Shown piece after piece: positions 40,315-53,144 of a stretch of DNA of 64,000 nt. Under the pieces are notes generated by a model, which worked only from the letters and a program-made list of their open reading frames with translations, was not told the DNA's origin and made no database searches. The DNA comes from Octopus sinensis (Eukaryota): NCBI RefSeq assembly GCF_006345805.1, contig NC_043012.1, positions 58,156,001 through 58,220,000 of the forward strand. The letters are read 5' to 3'. Positions within the stretch are counted from its first letter, which is position 1. Every line of letters starts with the position of its first letter. The translations under genes were made by a program, and so were the position numbers.

Positions 40315-40740
40315 CTTTTACTCTTTTACTCTTTTACTTGTTTCAGTCATTTGACTGTGGCCATGCTGCAGCACCGCATTTAGTCGAGCAAATCGACTCC
40401 GGGACTTATTCTTTGTAAGCCTATTACTTATCCTATTGGTCCCATTTGCCGAACCACTAAGTTGCGGGGACGTAAACACACTAGCATGGGTTGATAAGCG
40501 ATTGTGGATGGAAAAACACAGACATACAAACATAGACACACGCACACATACTTATATATATATATACATATATACGACGGGCTTCTTTCAGTTTTCGTCT
40601 ACCAAATCCACTCACAAGGCTTTGGTCGATCCGAGGCTATAGTAGAAGACACTTGCCCAAGGTGTCACGTAGTGGGACTGAACCCGGAACCATTTGGTTG
40701 GTAAGCAAACTACTTACCACACAGCCACTCCTACGCCTAT
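40315..40740 (-). mobile_element. SINE family A, full length
   Basis: (TACTCTTT)n tail through the CACAGCCACTCCTACGCC head. Confidence 0.9.
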
Positions 40741-41707
40741 ATTTAAAAAATACAAAATGGGACAAGAACGCAAAAAATTCCGGACAGCTAGGTGATAAAA
40801 AAAGGGACAAAAAACATCCAGATAGACGATAGAATGAAAACAAGGACGAGTCATTCGAAGCTTCCTTTCCTCTATCAAGTACCAGTTACCCTCGCAATTT
40901 CGGCTGACTATTCTTGAGATTGCTCCAGTCTGGCCAGCCCCAATGAAAAACTAAGCTAAGAGCATTTGACTCCTTGGAAGAAAGCAGCGAATATATACAA
41001 AAACAAGGACGGAAAAAACGGACAAAGTTACGCAAATATAAATACAATAATAAATACAATAAAAATATCCCTGTTAATATCCCTCTCTCTTCCCCCTCCC
41101 CCTTTTCCCTTCCCTTTCTGTGTATGCGTGTATGTATGTATTTATATGTATACGTATATATATGCACAAACACACGCGCGCGCGCGCACACACACACATA
41201 TCGGCCCAGCACCTCACAAAGCCCACAAACAGATTGCTGTCAGAATATACAGGACCAGAAGGTCATTCGGGTCCAAACTCAGAATCTGTGCATGGCATAT
41301 AAATCTCCATGACAATAGTACTAAGACACCGTGATGGCATGTGGCTAATTCGGTCCTAAGATCATTTTAAAAAAGGAAAAACTACACCGTGCTACTCCTG
41401 TGGAGAGCGTTTATTCTAAGTCCTGCATTCTATACATAATCTATATATAGATTGCCGATCCCAATTTTGATCGTCAGAAGCATCATAGTAATAGCGGACC
41501 TCGAAGCAATCCTTCAGCACTACACAAAGGAGAATGACTCTGTGCAATATGTACGACACAGGGAGAATGTAAAAGAACTGAAACTTTAATTCTTTGAAAA
41601 AAGTGACAACAGATACGTACTCTATATATATACTTATATATATACATATATATATGTGTATATATATATATATTATATATATATATATATAATATATTAT
41701 ATATATG

Positions 41708-41760
<53 letters not shown>

Positions 41761-41872
41761 AAACGTTAAACCCTCCTTCTTTCTTCTTTCCTGAGCGTCC
41801 AATAATACTATATTTGTTCCACGTCCTCGCGTTGTTGTGTTTTTTTTGTGTTTTCATGTTTGGATTAATTTA
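41761..41872 (+). mobile_element. 5'-truncated copy of the 27115-27308 pLTR-like repeat
   Basis: AAACGTTAAACCCTCC...CCTGAGCGTCCAATAATACT...CCACGTC...GATTAA between (TA)n tracts. Confidence 0.55.
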
Positions 41873-41878
41873 TATAAA

Positions 41879-41909
<31 letters not shown>

Positions 41910-42902
41910 ACACCTATGCATACACATACACACACTACATTCCTAATCTTACAGTTCAGGAGTAGGGATGTAAGATTTGGAACGTAGACTATAGCATACG
42001 TTGTACTGAGGGACAGTTAAGAAATAGGACAACAACATGCATAGCGACACTGCTCGTAGATTAGGTGAACGAATATGTGAACACTGGCGGGAGTTAAAGG
42101 CGAAAAGCTCGACAATGCACTAACAACATACTCAATTAGCACATGGAGGCTCGGTTAATAATCCGTTATCAACACATACAACAGACACGCACTTAGACTG
42201 ATTGTAGATGTCACACACGTAGTAATAAAGAGACCAAGCCTCAACAGATAGCATGAACGAAATAATAACACCCATTCACCTCACCATACTAAAGAGCGGA
42301 TGAGAGGAGAAAAGAGACACAGATATATACAGTATATTAAATAAACCCATGCACGCACATACACACACATGCACACATACTAAAAACGGGATGAGCAAAA
42401 TATAGATAAAGAAGTAAATAAACAAAAAAATAATGAAGTAAAAGACGCGGATACCAACAGTGTAGTAAGCAAACCAATAGACACACACACACCCAAAGCA
42501 CACATACTAAATTCACATACACACACCACACATATGCAGACACAGATGCAAATACATGTGCAGAAATGGATACACACCACAGAGAGACAGAATGGACTAA
42601 CCAGAACAGGAGGAATCACGTGGGATGGAGAGCCGCAGAAGAGGTCACAGGATGTGTGACGAAAGATTTGAGACAAAAGTTACTAAAATAAGAATAATAA
42701 TAAAGCTGAAGATAAGACCAAGTGTCTGGCGTGTGTGTATGTGTGTGTGTATGTGTGTGTGTGTGTGTGTGGTGTGTGTGTGTGTGTATGTATGTCTGTG
42801 TGATTAATTGGCAAGAAAGTATAACCATCCTAAAATATAACAATATCTGTTTCAACATACGATTTTACAAGAGGAACCTTGCAAAATAAATACATAAACA
42901 TA

Positions 42903-43247
42903 TACTCTTTTACTCTTTTACTTGTTTCAGTCATTTGACTGCGGCCATGCTGGAGCACCGCCTTTAATCGAGCAACTTGACCCCGGGACTTATTCTTTGA
43001 AGGCCCAGTACTTATTCTATCGGTCTCTTTTGCTGAACCACTAAGTGACGGGGACATAAACACACCAGCCTCGGTTCTCAAGCGATGTTGGATGGGACAA
43101 ACACAGACACTCAAACATACACGCACACATATATATATATGCATATATACGACGGGCTTCTTTCAGTTTCCGTCTACCAAATCCACTCACAAGGCTTTGG
43201 TCGGCCCGAGGCTACAGTAGAAGACACTTGCCCAAGGTGCCACGCAG
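42903..43247 (-). mobile_element. SINE family A lacking part of its head
   Basis: Reverse complement of the consensus, breaking at GCCACGCAG into a short inverted GGGCAAGTGTCTTC. Confidence 0.85.
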
Positions 43248-45074
43248 GGCAAGTGTCTTCATATATGTCCGGTCATACAATGACCAATAGCTTCGCATTT
43301 ATAAAGCGCTAAGCCTTATAGACGGCCCGCCAGATTCAATGGCAGTTGTGTGTATGTATATGCGCAACGACGTGTTTCGGTAGAGTTTCCGCTTAGCAAA
43401 TTTCACTGCAAACGTTGTAGTTTTCCTAGATCTTGCTGAAGGTGCCAAGCGGTTGGATAGATAACGGAACCATGTGTTTGCGATCTTATTAGACATACAC
43501 TTATTTCTAAGTGATTTTCAAGCCAAATATTTCTCACGCTCCTGGATTACATATTCAATTTCAAACGTTCATGTGACATTCTATCTAGTTTCCATTTTAG
43601 TTCCCACTTCAGAAACGCCATTTATCTCTTGTCCCATTTTGCCTCTATAGCTACGTATTTTCTTTCTTTTATGTCTCTCACTGTTATTATTATGATTAAC
43701 GTTTAACTTATGTATGTTTTGGATTCCTATTTCTGCTACACATGTCTTTACTTCGTCTATATATTCGTTAAGAATGTGTGTATTTTTCGGGTTTTAGCAA
43801 TCTTATAAGATCTATTACAATTTGCAATATTTGTTCTTTCGTTTCTGGAAATTATCCATAAAAAGGGATTTCAGTTTCTCTCTTCGCAATTGACTTATTT
43901 TTATTTATTTTCCTTCCGTTGCTACATTTCTGCATTTACATTATTTGTCTTCTAAGTGAATTCGTGTGCGCGTGTTTTCATGGCTGTGAGTGATTGCTGT
44001 TCATATTTCTGCTAAAGATTTTTTTTCTTCATTTTTGAGTGAAGCTTGTTTTATTACTCGCTACCTGTTTATAGACGGTCTTTTTTGTTGTTGCTGTTGT
44101 TTCTTATTAGAGGTAAGTAAGTTTCTAAGCCAAATGCCGAACTTATATAGGCCATTCTTCTATTTCCTAAAACTTATGTCGCCATCTTGTCTTGGTATGT
44201 AAATGCAATGAGTCAGCCTTTGAATGATGCAACGTAAAATGCTATTGTTTTCTTCTTTTCGCTTTCTTGTGTCTACATTTATTTTTTATTGTTCTTTATC
44301 TCGTGTTTGGCTTCAAAGGTATTACACGGAATCTTTCTGTTTCTGCCAGTATTGCCAGACAGTTGATCACTTTCATCTTATTTTTTGAACTCAATTCGTT
44401 CTTTAGAATTATTCGGCAAATGGAATGATGTCTTCATTTTGAAATCATCTTTTTCCTACAGTGTCATATTCCAACTTCTTTCTTTCGTTGATTTCCAAAT
44501 ACTTGTACAATTCGTCGTCTATCCGTAATGATTTGTAATATCTTCTTTTCATTTCTTTCTCTATATATATTTATCTATTTTTTATGTATTTATTACGCAA
44601 TATGAAGCCAAGTATATTCCGTCTTCTGACTCAGTCTTCTTGCCCTATCAGAATTTGACCTCACCACATTTATCAAAGCAACTCACACTGACATCATAAA
44701 GATATATTACTAGAGTTCAGAATAATAATAATAGTGATAATAAAAAAAACATTGAACTTTCTCTGAATTGCTGCTATTCAGTTAGATACCTAAGGAGACA
44801 AGAACAGATAATTAATCTTGGATTTGGTGAATATCTAGCCATTTTACGGCTGTTCTTTTTCGGACCTAAAGAAGCAAAGCGATGTTTGTAAGCAAAATTT
44901 CTTTAGAATACATTCCATTCCGAATGTAGACTGAATTGAACTTTTATGTCACTGGCAGAAGTTGTTACTTTTGTGATTAACAAAAAAGTATGCTGGTTTA
45001 TCTAGACTACACAACGAAACAATATAATCTGAATATAAAATTCGTGTTCAGGAACTAGCAACAGTGCACATAAT

Positions 45075-46950
45075 TTTGCACGCCGGGCAAAATGCTTAGC
45101 GGCATTTCGTGCATCTGTACGTTCTCAGTTCAAAACCCGCCGAGGCCAACTTTACCTTTCATCCTTTCGGAGTCGATAAAATAAGTACCAGTGACAAAAT
45201 TTCAGGCCTTGTGCCTATAATAGAAAGGATTATTTATTGATTGGAACCATTTTAATATTGCTTGCCTTATTAGATACTTAACCGTATTTCGTCTGCCGTT
45301 ACGTTCTGAGTTCAAATTCCGCCGAGGTCGACTTTGCCTTTCATTCTTTCGGGGTCGATAAATTAAGTACCAGTTACACACTGGGTCGATATAATCGACT
45401 TAATCCGTTTGTCTGTCCTTGTTTGTCCCCTCTATGTTTAGCCCCTTGTGGGCAATAAAGAAATAATAACCATGTTTGTTGCTACATAAAAAGCATCGAA
45501 TAATTTTTTTCATAAAATCGTAGTCGATAAGTTCAGTGCTACAATTATTACTGGGCAGAATAGTTAGCACGCCGGACAACATGCTTAGCGGCATTTCGTC
45601 CGTATTTACTGTTCTGCGTTCAATTTCCATTGAGGTCGACTTTGCGTTTCGTCCTTTTGAAGTCGATAAAACACGTATCAATTGTGCATTGGCGTCGGTG
45701 CATTCGAGTTTTCCCTTCCCTCAAAACTTCTGCCCCAGTGTCAAACTTTGAGATTTATATTACTATTATGTTGTTGTTGTTGTTGTTGTAGGTAATATTA
45801 AAGGCGGTGAGCTGGCAAAATTGTTACCGCATCGGATGAAATGCTTAGCGCATTTTTCAAATTTCTTCCGAGGTCAATAAATAAGTACCAGTCGGGGGCT
45901 GTAGTCGATATAATCGATTAGCACCACTCCCCAAAAGTTCAGATCCGATGCCTATACTAAAACGGTTATAAGTATTGAGAAGGCGGCGAGCTGGCAGAAA
46001 CGTTAGCGCGCCGGGCGAAATGCTAACCGGTATTTCGTCAGCCTCTACGTTCTGAGTTCAAATTCCGCCGAGGTCGACTTTGCCTTTCATTCTTTCGGGG
46101 TAGATAAATTAAGTACCAGTTACGCACTGGGGTCGATATAATCGACTTAATCCGTATGTCTGTCCTTGTTTGTCCTCTCTGTGTTTAGCCCCTTGTGAGT
46201 AGTAAAGAAATAGGTATTTCGTCTGCCGCTAAGTTCTGAGTTCAAATTCCGCCGAGGTCGACTTTGCCTTTCATCCTTTCGGGGTAGATAAATTAAGTAC
46301 CAGTTACGCACTGGGGTCGATGTAATCGACTTAATTCCTTTGTTTGTCCTTGTTTGTCCCTTCTATGTTTAGCCCTTTGTGGGCAATAAAGACATAAGAA
46401 ACGTTAGCACTCCAAGCGAAAGGCTTAAAAGCATTATGTCCATCTTTGTCTTCTGAGTTCAAAATCCGCCGAGGTCGACTTTATCTCTTATCATTTCGTG
46501 GTCAATAAATTAAGAACTGGTATCAATGTAATCAACTAATCCCCTCTCACCAAATTCCAGGCCTTGTGCCTATAGTAGAAACGGTTATTATTATTGTTAA
46601 TAGTACTGTTATCATTAACATGCGAGCTGGTAGATTCGCTAACACGCCAGGCAAAATGCTTAGCGGCGTTTCGTCCGTCTTTACCAAGGGAGTTCATATT
46701 CCGCTGCGGTCGATGAAATAAATACTAATTTAACTCTGGGATCGATATAATCGACTAGCCACCCTCCCTCAAAATTATTATTATTATTCACGCGGCGAGC
46801 TGGTTGAATCGTGCGCAAAGCAGAGAAAATGAATAGCGACATTTCATCCAGTTCTTCACGTTCTGAGTTCAAATTTCGCCTTTGTCAAATTTGTGATTAA
46901 CGTTTCAGGGTTCTACGTAATTGACTTGAGACCGCTCCGCAAAATTACTG
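45075..46950 (+). mobile_element. Cluster of ~9-10 co-oriented full and partial SINE family B copies
   Basis: Repeated GTTCTGAGTTCAAATTCCGCCGAGGTCGACTTT-like cores at ~45121, 45303, 45611, 46049, 46233, 46451, 46690 and 46860. Confidence 0.85.
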
Positions 46951-46973
46951 GCATTGAACCAAAATCAGAATGA

Positions 46974-47002
46974 ATTATTATTATTATTGTTGTTGTTGTT
47001 GT

Positions 47003-47075
<73 letters not shown>

Positions 47076-47152
47076 CATCATCATTATTATTATTATTGTT
47101 AATATTATTGTTGTTGTTTTTGTTGTTGTTGTTATTGTTATTATTATTATTA

Positions 47153-47183
<31 letters not shown>

Positions 47184-47330
47184 CATTATTATTATTATTA
47201 ATATTATTGTTGTTGTTGTTTTTCTTGTTGTTGTTGTTGTTGTTATTGTTATTATTATTATTATTATTATTATATTATTATTATTATTATTCTCATTATT
47301 ATTATTATTATTATTATTACTATTATTATT
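46974..47330. repeat. (ATT)n/(GTT)n compound microsatellite
   Basis: Directly visible, with an internal higher-order duplication. Confidence 0.95.
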
Positions 47331-47650
47331 AAGATCGGGTGAGAATAGCATTCTTTGTCTGCTACAACCAAGTGATGTATCAACTGTAAAATTCAACTCT
47401 CATAGATTTGACGTCATTCATTCAGAGCAAATCACACGTCCCGAGGGTGTTTCTGCAGTGTTTCCTAGGAGATGTTTAATTATACGTATTTAGAGGCCAA
47501 TCTACGCAATATATAACTAACGGGATACACTCCGCCGAAGCTTCGACCGCTCTGTCCAACACGCTCTCAACACAGCCTGTAGCGACACAAATAAGGAATT
47601 TTGTATGCATGTGTACATATGTGTGTGTATGCACACACACACACACACAA

Positions 47651-47697
<47 letters not shown>

Positions 47698-47719
47698 CTG
47701 TATATACGCCCGCACAGAC

Positions 47720-47752
<33 letters not shown>

Positions 47753-47830
47753 ATATATATATGCATACATATATATCCATGTATGTATAAGCATATGTGT
47801 GCGCATTAGTATATATATATATATATATAT

Positions 47831-47880
<50 letters not shown>

Positions 47881-47914
47881 TGTATGTATATGCATATGTG
47901 TGTGTGTGTATTAG

Positions 47915-47948
<34 letters not shown>

Positions 47949-48487
47949 AATATATGAATCAGTCTGAATATCGCGCATACTAAATTGTTATGTGTAATCA
48001 TAATTCTTTGATGATTAACTAAATATGATTTAAAGATTATTTCAATTGAAATATCATTTAGAAGCCACTACTGAAGCCATTGAAACTCTTCCACTTCAGT
48101 TACGCTGTTAATGTCTTAATTCAATCAACTCCCGTGCGCCGTTGCTATTTCTTTCATTGTGGGAACCACCTTGTGGTGTTGAATGTTTCAATCTACATTG
48201 GCAGGGCATAAATTTTGAACGTAAATGCTATCTGAAAGAGGTGCTCCTGATATTTATCAATTTCTACCCTTTGAAAGCTATCTTAAAACATATTTTTTCC
48301 TTGATGTATATGATATCTGTGATTTTTATGTCTTATCTATTACTAGTCTGAGTCATTTGACTGTGGCCATGCTGGGGCGCCGCCTTGAAGGGCTTTAGTG
48401 GAGAAGATCGATGTCACTGCTAATTTCTTTTCATGTCTGGTAAACATTCTATCGTTTCACTTATTATTATTGTTGTTGTTGTTGTTT

Positions 48488-48522
<35 letters not shown>

Positions 48523-48550
48523 ATTATTATTATTATTATTATTTTTATTT

Positions 48551-48752
48551 CGCCGGGCGAAATGCGTAGGCGTATTTCGTCTGCCGTTAGGTTCTGACTT
48601 CAAATTCCGCCGAGGTCGACTTTGGTTTTCATCATTTCGGGGTCGATAAATTAAGTACCAGTTCACTGGGGTCGATGTAATCGACTTAATCCGTTTGTCT
48701 GTCTTTGTTTGTCCCCTCTGTGTTTAGCCCCTTGTGGGTAGTAAAGAAATAA
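48551..48752 (+). mobile_element. SINE family B flanked by ATT/GTT repeats
   Basis: CGCCGGGCGAAATGCGTAG...CCCCTTGTGGGTAGTAAAGAAATAATAAT. Confidence 0.85.
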
Positions 48753-49023
48753 TAATTATTATTATTATAAACTGAACCGCTATGTTGCGGAGATGGAAGG
48801 CGTGGCTGTGTGGTAAGAAGCTTGCTCCTTAACCACATGGTTCGTGGTTCAGTCCCACTGCGTTGCACGTTAGACAATTGTCTTCTAATGCAGCTTCGGG
48901 TCGAGCAAAGTATTGTAATTGTAATTGTCAAGCAAAGTATTGTATTGGATTTAGTAAGCGGAAACCGAAAGAAACTCGTCTTATATATGTGATTATATAT
49001 ACGTATGTTTGTGTGTGTTTGCC

Positions 49024-49084
<61 letters not shown>

Positions 49085-49085
49085 T

Positions 49086-49146
49086 TAGGTGTTTGAAAAA
49101 CACTCGGCGAGAAACGGAAGAAAATTTGAAGAAAAAAGGAAAAAAC
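49086..49146 (+). mobile_element. Severely 5'-truncated copy of the R4/Dong element (3' UTR only)
   Basis: CACTCGGCGAGAAACGGAAGAAAATTTGAAGAAAAAA matches 51341-51385 (CACTCGGCAAGAAATGGAAGCAAATTTGAAAGAAGAAAA); flanked by (AAT)n. Confidence 0.8.
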
Positions 49147-49160
49147 ATCATAATAATATG

Positions 49161-49210
<50 letters not shown>

Positions 49211-51384
49211 CATGGAGAAGAACGATATTTTCCCCATTGAACAAAAAGGGTGCCGCCGAGGCTCTTACGGATGCAAAGATCAACTGCTAATCAATCGTAT
49301 GATCCTTGAGAACTGTTACAACAAGCGCAGAAATCTCAGCACCGCATGGATTGATTATAAAAAGGCCTTCGACAGTATACCGCATCCATGGATCTTGAGA
49401 TCGCTGGACATCTTCAAAATTTCCCCTGTGATTTCAAACTTCCTGAAGCACAATACGTCGTTGTGGAATACGAATCTCCAATTATACCACTCTAATGGAG
49501 TACTTGCCTCAGAAAATATAAACATCAACTGTGGAATTTTTCAAGGTGACTCACTTTCACCTTTAATATTCTGCATAGCCCTAATACCCCTTACAAGTGA
49601 ATTAAACAGAACAGGGTATGGGTATAAAATTGCCAATAAAAGAATAAGCCATCTATTTTATATGGATGACTTAAAACTTTATGGTAAAGACAATAATGAA
49701 CTTGAAGGCCTATTGCGCACCGTGAAAGCATTCAGCGATGACATCGGGATGGAGTTTGGACTTGAGAAGTGTGCCAAGGCCACTTTCCAGAAAGGGAAAG
49801 TGAAGACCACAATTCAGTTGTGTTAGATGTTGACACAGTCATAAGAGAGCTTGAGCAAGAACAAACATACAAATATTTAGGGATAAATGAAGGCTCTGGT
49901 ATTCAGCATGCAAGCATGAAAGAGAAGATCAGGAAGGAATGTTATAGGAGAGTTCGTGCAGTCCTGAAATCTGAACTAAATGTACGTCACAAGGTGTTAG
50001 CTATAAATTCCTTAGCAGTTCCAGTTGTTACTTATAGCTACAATGTGTTGAACTGGAATATGAGTGAAGTAAAGAATATAAATAGGAAAATACGCGAGCT
50101 GCTGAGTTGTAATAGGATGCACCACCCAAAGGCAGACGTAGATCGCCTTTACCTTCCCAGAGCCCAAGGAGGTCGAGGCCTGATCCAATTTGAACTAGCT
50201 TACAAAACAACCACAATTGGACTGGCCAAATATCTCGAAATATCGAATGACTGGATGCTAAAGCTCGTGGAAAATCACGAGAAGCGAAAGAAGCTTCATT
50301 CTATCATAAAGGAAAGCAAAAAATGTGCTATTGATCTCGTGCAGGATACCCAAACTGAACAACCCGAGGGAAGTACGGCAACTATTGTTGCAAAGAAGCT
50401 GAAAATGATGGCAACGAAAAAAGCGCACGAGCAATTGGCTGATAGGTGGGAGGAGAAACCTCTGCACGGCAAATATGTGACCCGCAGCAAACAAGCTGAT
50501 GTTGACCAGAAGCAAACCCATCAGTGGCTACGGAGCTCAGGGCTAAAAGCAGAGAGCGAAGGTTTCATCCTGGCTGCTCAAGATCAAAGCCTATTAACCC
50601 GAACTACCAGGCCAATGTGATGAAAAATGGAGCAGACCCAAAATGCCGATTCTGCAACGACATGATTGAAACAGTGGACCATCTAATCTCTGGATGTAAA
50701 GTCTTAGCACCAGTGGAGTATAAATTAAGACATGACAGAGTTGGCCAATATCTCCACTGGCTAATAAGTCGGCATTACAATATCAAAACTGCCGATAAGT
50801 GGTATAATCACCACCCTGAGGCTGTAACTGAAGGAGAAAATGTAACCATTCTGTGGGACTTTCCAGTACATACAGACCGAACCATCAAGGCCAATAAACC
50901 AGATATTGTTGTGAAGGACCAAAACAATAAAGTTTGCTTATTGATCGACATGAGCATCCCCTGTGATCATAATATCTCAGCGAAAGAGTTTGACAAGCTC
51001 AGAAAATATAAAGACCTACTCATTGAAATTGAGAAAATGTGGCATCTCAAGGCGGTTACAATACCAGTGATCGTAGGAGCACTAGGAATGATCAAGAAGG
51101 GAACCGAAAATTATATGAGAATGATCCCTGGCTTACCATCCCTGCAAGAAGTGCAAAAGATTGTCTTAACTGGTACATCACATGTATTGAGAAGAGCATT
51201 GTCGATGTGAGAATTGTTGCTGCTCATGTATTTTAATCTAACTTTAAAAAAAAATTTTTTTAAATGAACGAACTATTGAGTTTGGTTTAATGGCCTACCA
51301 ATGTATACTATGAGTTTCTTTGCCCTAGGAGTCAGGAAGACACTCGGCAAGAAATGGAAGCAAATTTGAAAGAAGAAAAAAAAA

Positions 51385-51385
<1 letters not shown>
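49211..51385 (+). mobile_element. 5'-truncated R4/Dong-clade non-LTR retrotransposon inserted in (TAA)n
   Basis: RT followed by a CCHC knuckle and a restriction-like endonuclease; ~175-nt 3' UTR; (AAT)n on both sides, consistent with the known TAA-repeat targeting of Dong elements. Confidence 0.93.
49212..51210 (+). pseudogene. Reverse transcriptase / RLE endonuclease polyprotein, broken by two frameshifts (~49810, ~50600)
   Basis: Three overlapping ORFs carry, in order: EQKG, WIDYKKAFDSIPH, GIFQGDSLSPLIF, HLFYMDDLKLY, FGLEKC; then YKYLG, RLYLPRAQGGRGL; then CRFC..ETVDHLISGC, RHD, KPDIVV..IDMSIP, KYKDL, PVIVGALG. Confidence 0.95.
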
Positions 51386-51417
<32 letters not shown>

Positions 51418-51484
51418 GTAGTAGTAGTAGTAATAATATCAATAATAATAATAATAATAATAATAAATAATAATAATAATAATA

Positions 51485-52043
51485 AGTGCCCTGATGCAGT
51501 ATCAGGCAGTGGCTCTCATGGGTTCTGATCTTAACTGATTGGAAGTGTTATCATGTACATTCTTTTGTCTTGGTATAAAAGATGGGCTACAGCAAATATT
51601 CTGCTCAATACTACAGATTTGCTGGTCAGTTGTTTGGCCTTAACAAAATGAGCATGTCCCTTAGTGGCTGACAATATGTGCATCTCTGATCAGGAGCAGA
51701 AGTAGTGGGGGAGCATCATAACCGTGTGTTGAGAGGGATTCTTTGGGGTTTGAATAATTCACCTCTGGAAACATGGGTGGTTCGTTCAACATCCTTAAAC
51801 AACACTTATTGAGGAACCATTTGAGCGGGATCGGTTACTCGACCAGAAGAAAATTCTAACTGGGCCCCACCTGTAAGGTCATGTGCTGTTTATCTTGATA
51901 TGAAATCATCATGTCGCGCGCATATGGTTGTGATGCAAGTGCCTAGTGTATCCTTATCAGACGGGTAGTCATGATGGGTATACTGGGCTTCGTATATTTT
52001 ACCCCAGTGTCACTTTAATGGCATGCAGTGCTCTCTCTCACTC
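51485..52043 (+). mobile_element. Unclassified non-coding repeat flanked by (AAT)n
   Basis: Bounded by TAA repeats on both sides; its last ~130 bp recur at 22727-22862, again followed by (AAT)n. Confidence 0.65.
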
Positions 52044-52062
52044 AATAATAATAATAATAATA

Positions 52063-52360
52063 GTCGATAGATATAACAGGTTAGCGTGGGAGATTAAGCA
52101 GTTGCGGTCGCTGAAAAGGTGGTAGTACTACCAATAATTGTCGGAGCCCTGGGAACAGTGAGTAATAATCTTGAGAATTACATGGAACAAATAGGGGCTG
52201 CAATAAGGGTCGAACACTTACAGAAAACAGTACTGCTTGGAGCCGCTCGAATACTACGGATGGTGCTCGAAAAATATAGAGTATTACTTTAGTTCACTGG
52301 CAGTGAACAGCTGACACTGTCGTACATCTCCAGTGTTAGATGCTGTGCAAAAACAATAAA
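52063..52360 (+). mobile_element. 3' fragment of a second, distinct R4/Dong-like family
   Basis: Manual translation VDRYNRLAWEIKQLRSLK/VVVLPIIVGALGTVSNNLENYMEQIGAAIRVEHLQKTVLLGAARILRMVLEK parallels the end of ORF 50524-51210, but the 3' UTR differs. Preceded and followed by AAT repeats. Confidence 0.85.
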
Positions 52361-53144
52361 ATGCTAATAATGATAATAATTGTTTATCATAGAGGAATAA
52401 AGGCAATAATTTCTAGAGCGTGGGTTATACAGTAGCAACGTGCAAGATCATGTCTGGTACTTTCTTTCATCGAGTACAGAAGGATGAAGGATGAAATGAA
52501 GACTTAAAGAGCCGGAACAATTACGAAAGGCAATTAATTCAACGCTCAAATGATTCTGCTAATCCACCATCTAAAAAGTAGTTGTATTTCTAGTTCAAAA
52601 CCTGCTATAAACATGGACAATTGTACCAACTTATATCCAGTGCATATACAATATAGCCGATGCAATTTGGATAAATTAAACAAAAATGAGTTTACAGAAA
52701 TAAGTCTGACTGGTCATGGCGTACATTTTCTCTAACGTAATAATGGTCAGTGGTATTAACGTCTGACCATTTGGGGTCCACATCAGAGTTTGTCTTTAAG
52801 ATTTATATGAAATAAATTGGTTATACATCTAGTGTACACAAAATATTTAAAGATTTTTTAGTGCAAGCGTAGGTGTGTGGTAAGAAGCTTGCTTCTCAAT
52901 CACATGTATCCAGGTTCAGTCCCACTGCGTTGCAACTTGGACAAATGACTTCTACTACATCTTCGGGCCGACCAAAGACTTGTGAGTGGATTTGGTAGAC
53001 GCAAACTGGATGATGCACGTCGTATATGTGTGTGTGTGTGTGTGTGTATGTGTGTGTATGAGTGTATATCTGTGTCTGTGTGTGCCTTGTGTAGATTTGG
53101 ATTTTGTAGATTAGGATTAAGGTCAATTTAGCAAAGTTTAACAA

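Noticed and set aside
40741-41070. Purine-rich repeat with GCAAU-CUCAAGA...GAAAUUGC on the minus strand, considered as a hammerhead
   Set aside because: The core is not CUGANGA and no stem III or NUH triplet can be drawn. It may still be a pLTR-like repeat.
41490-41523. GUAGUG-CUGAAGG...GUC-CGCUAU on the minus strand, considered as a hammerhead
   Set aside because: Stem I pairs, but GAAA and stem III are missing.
44080-44120. Possible 2-nt microexon (TAG|AG|GTAAGT)
   Set aside because: Such motifs occur by chance in T-rich DNA, and there is no gene context to support it.
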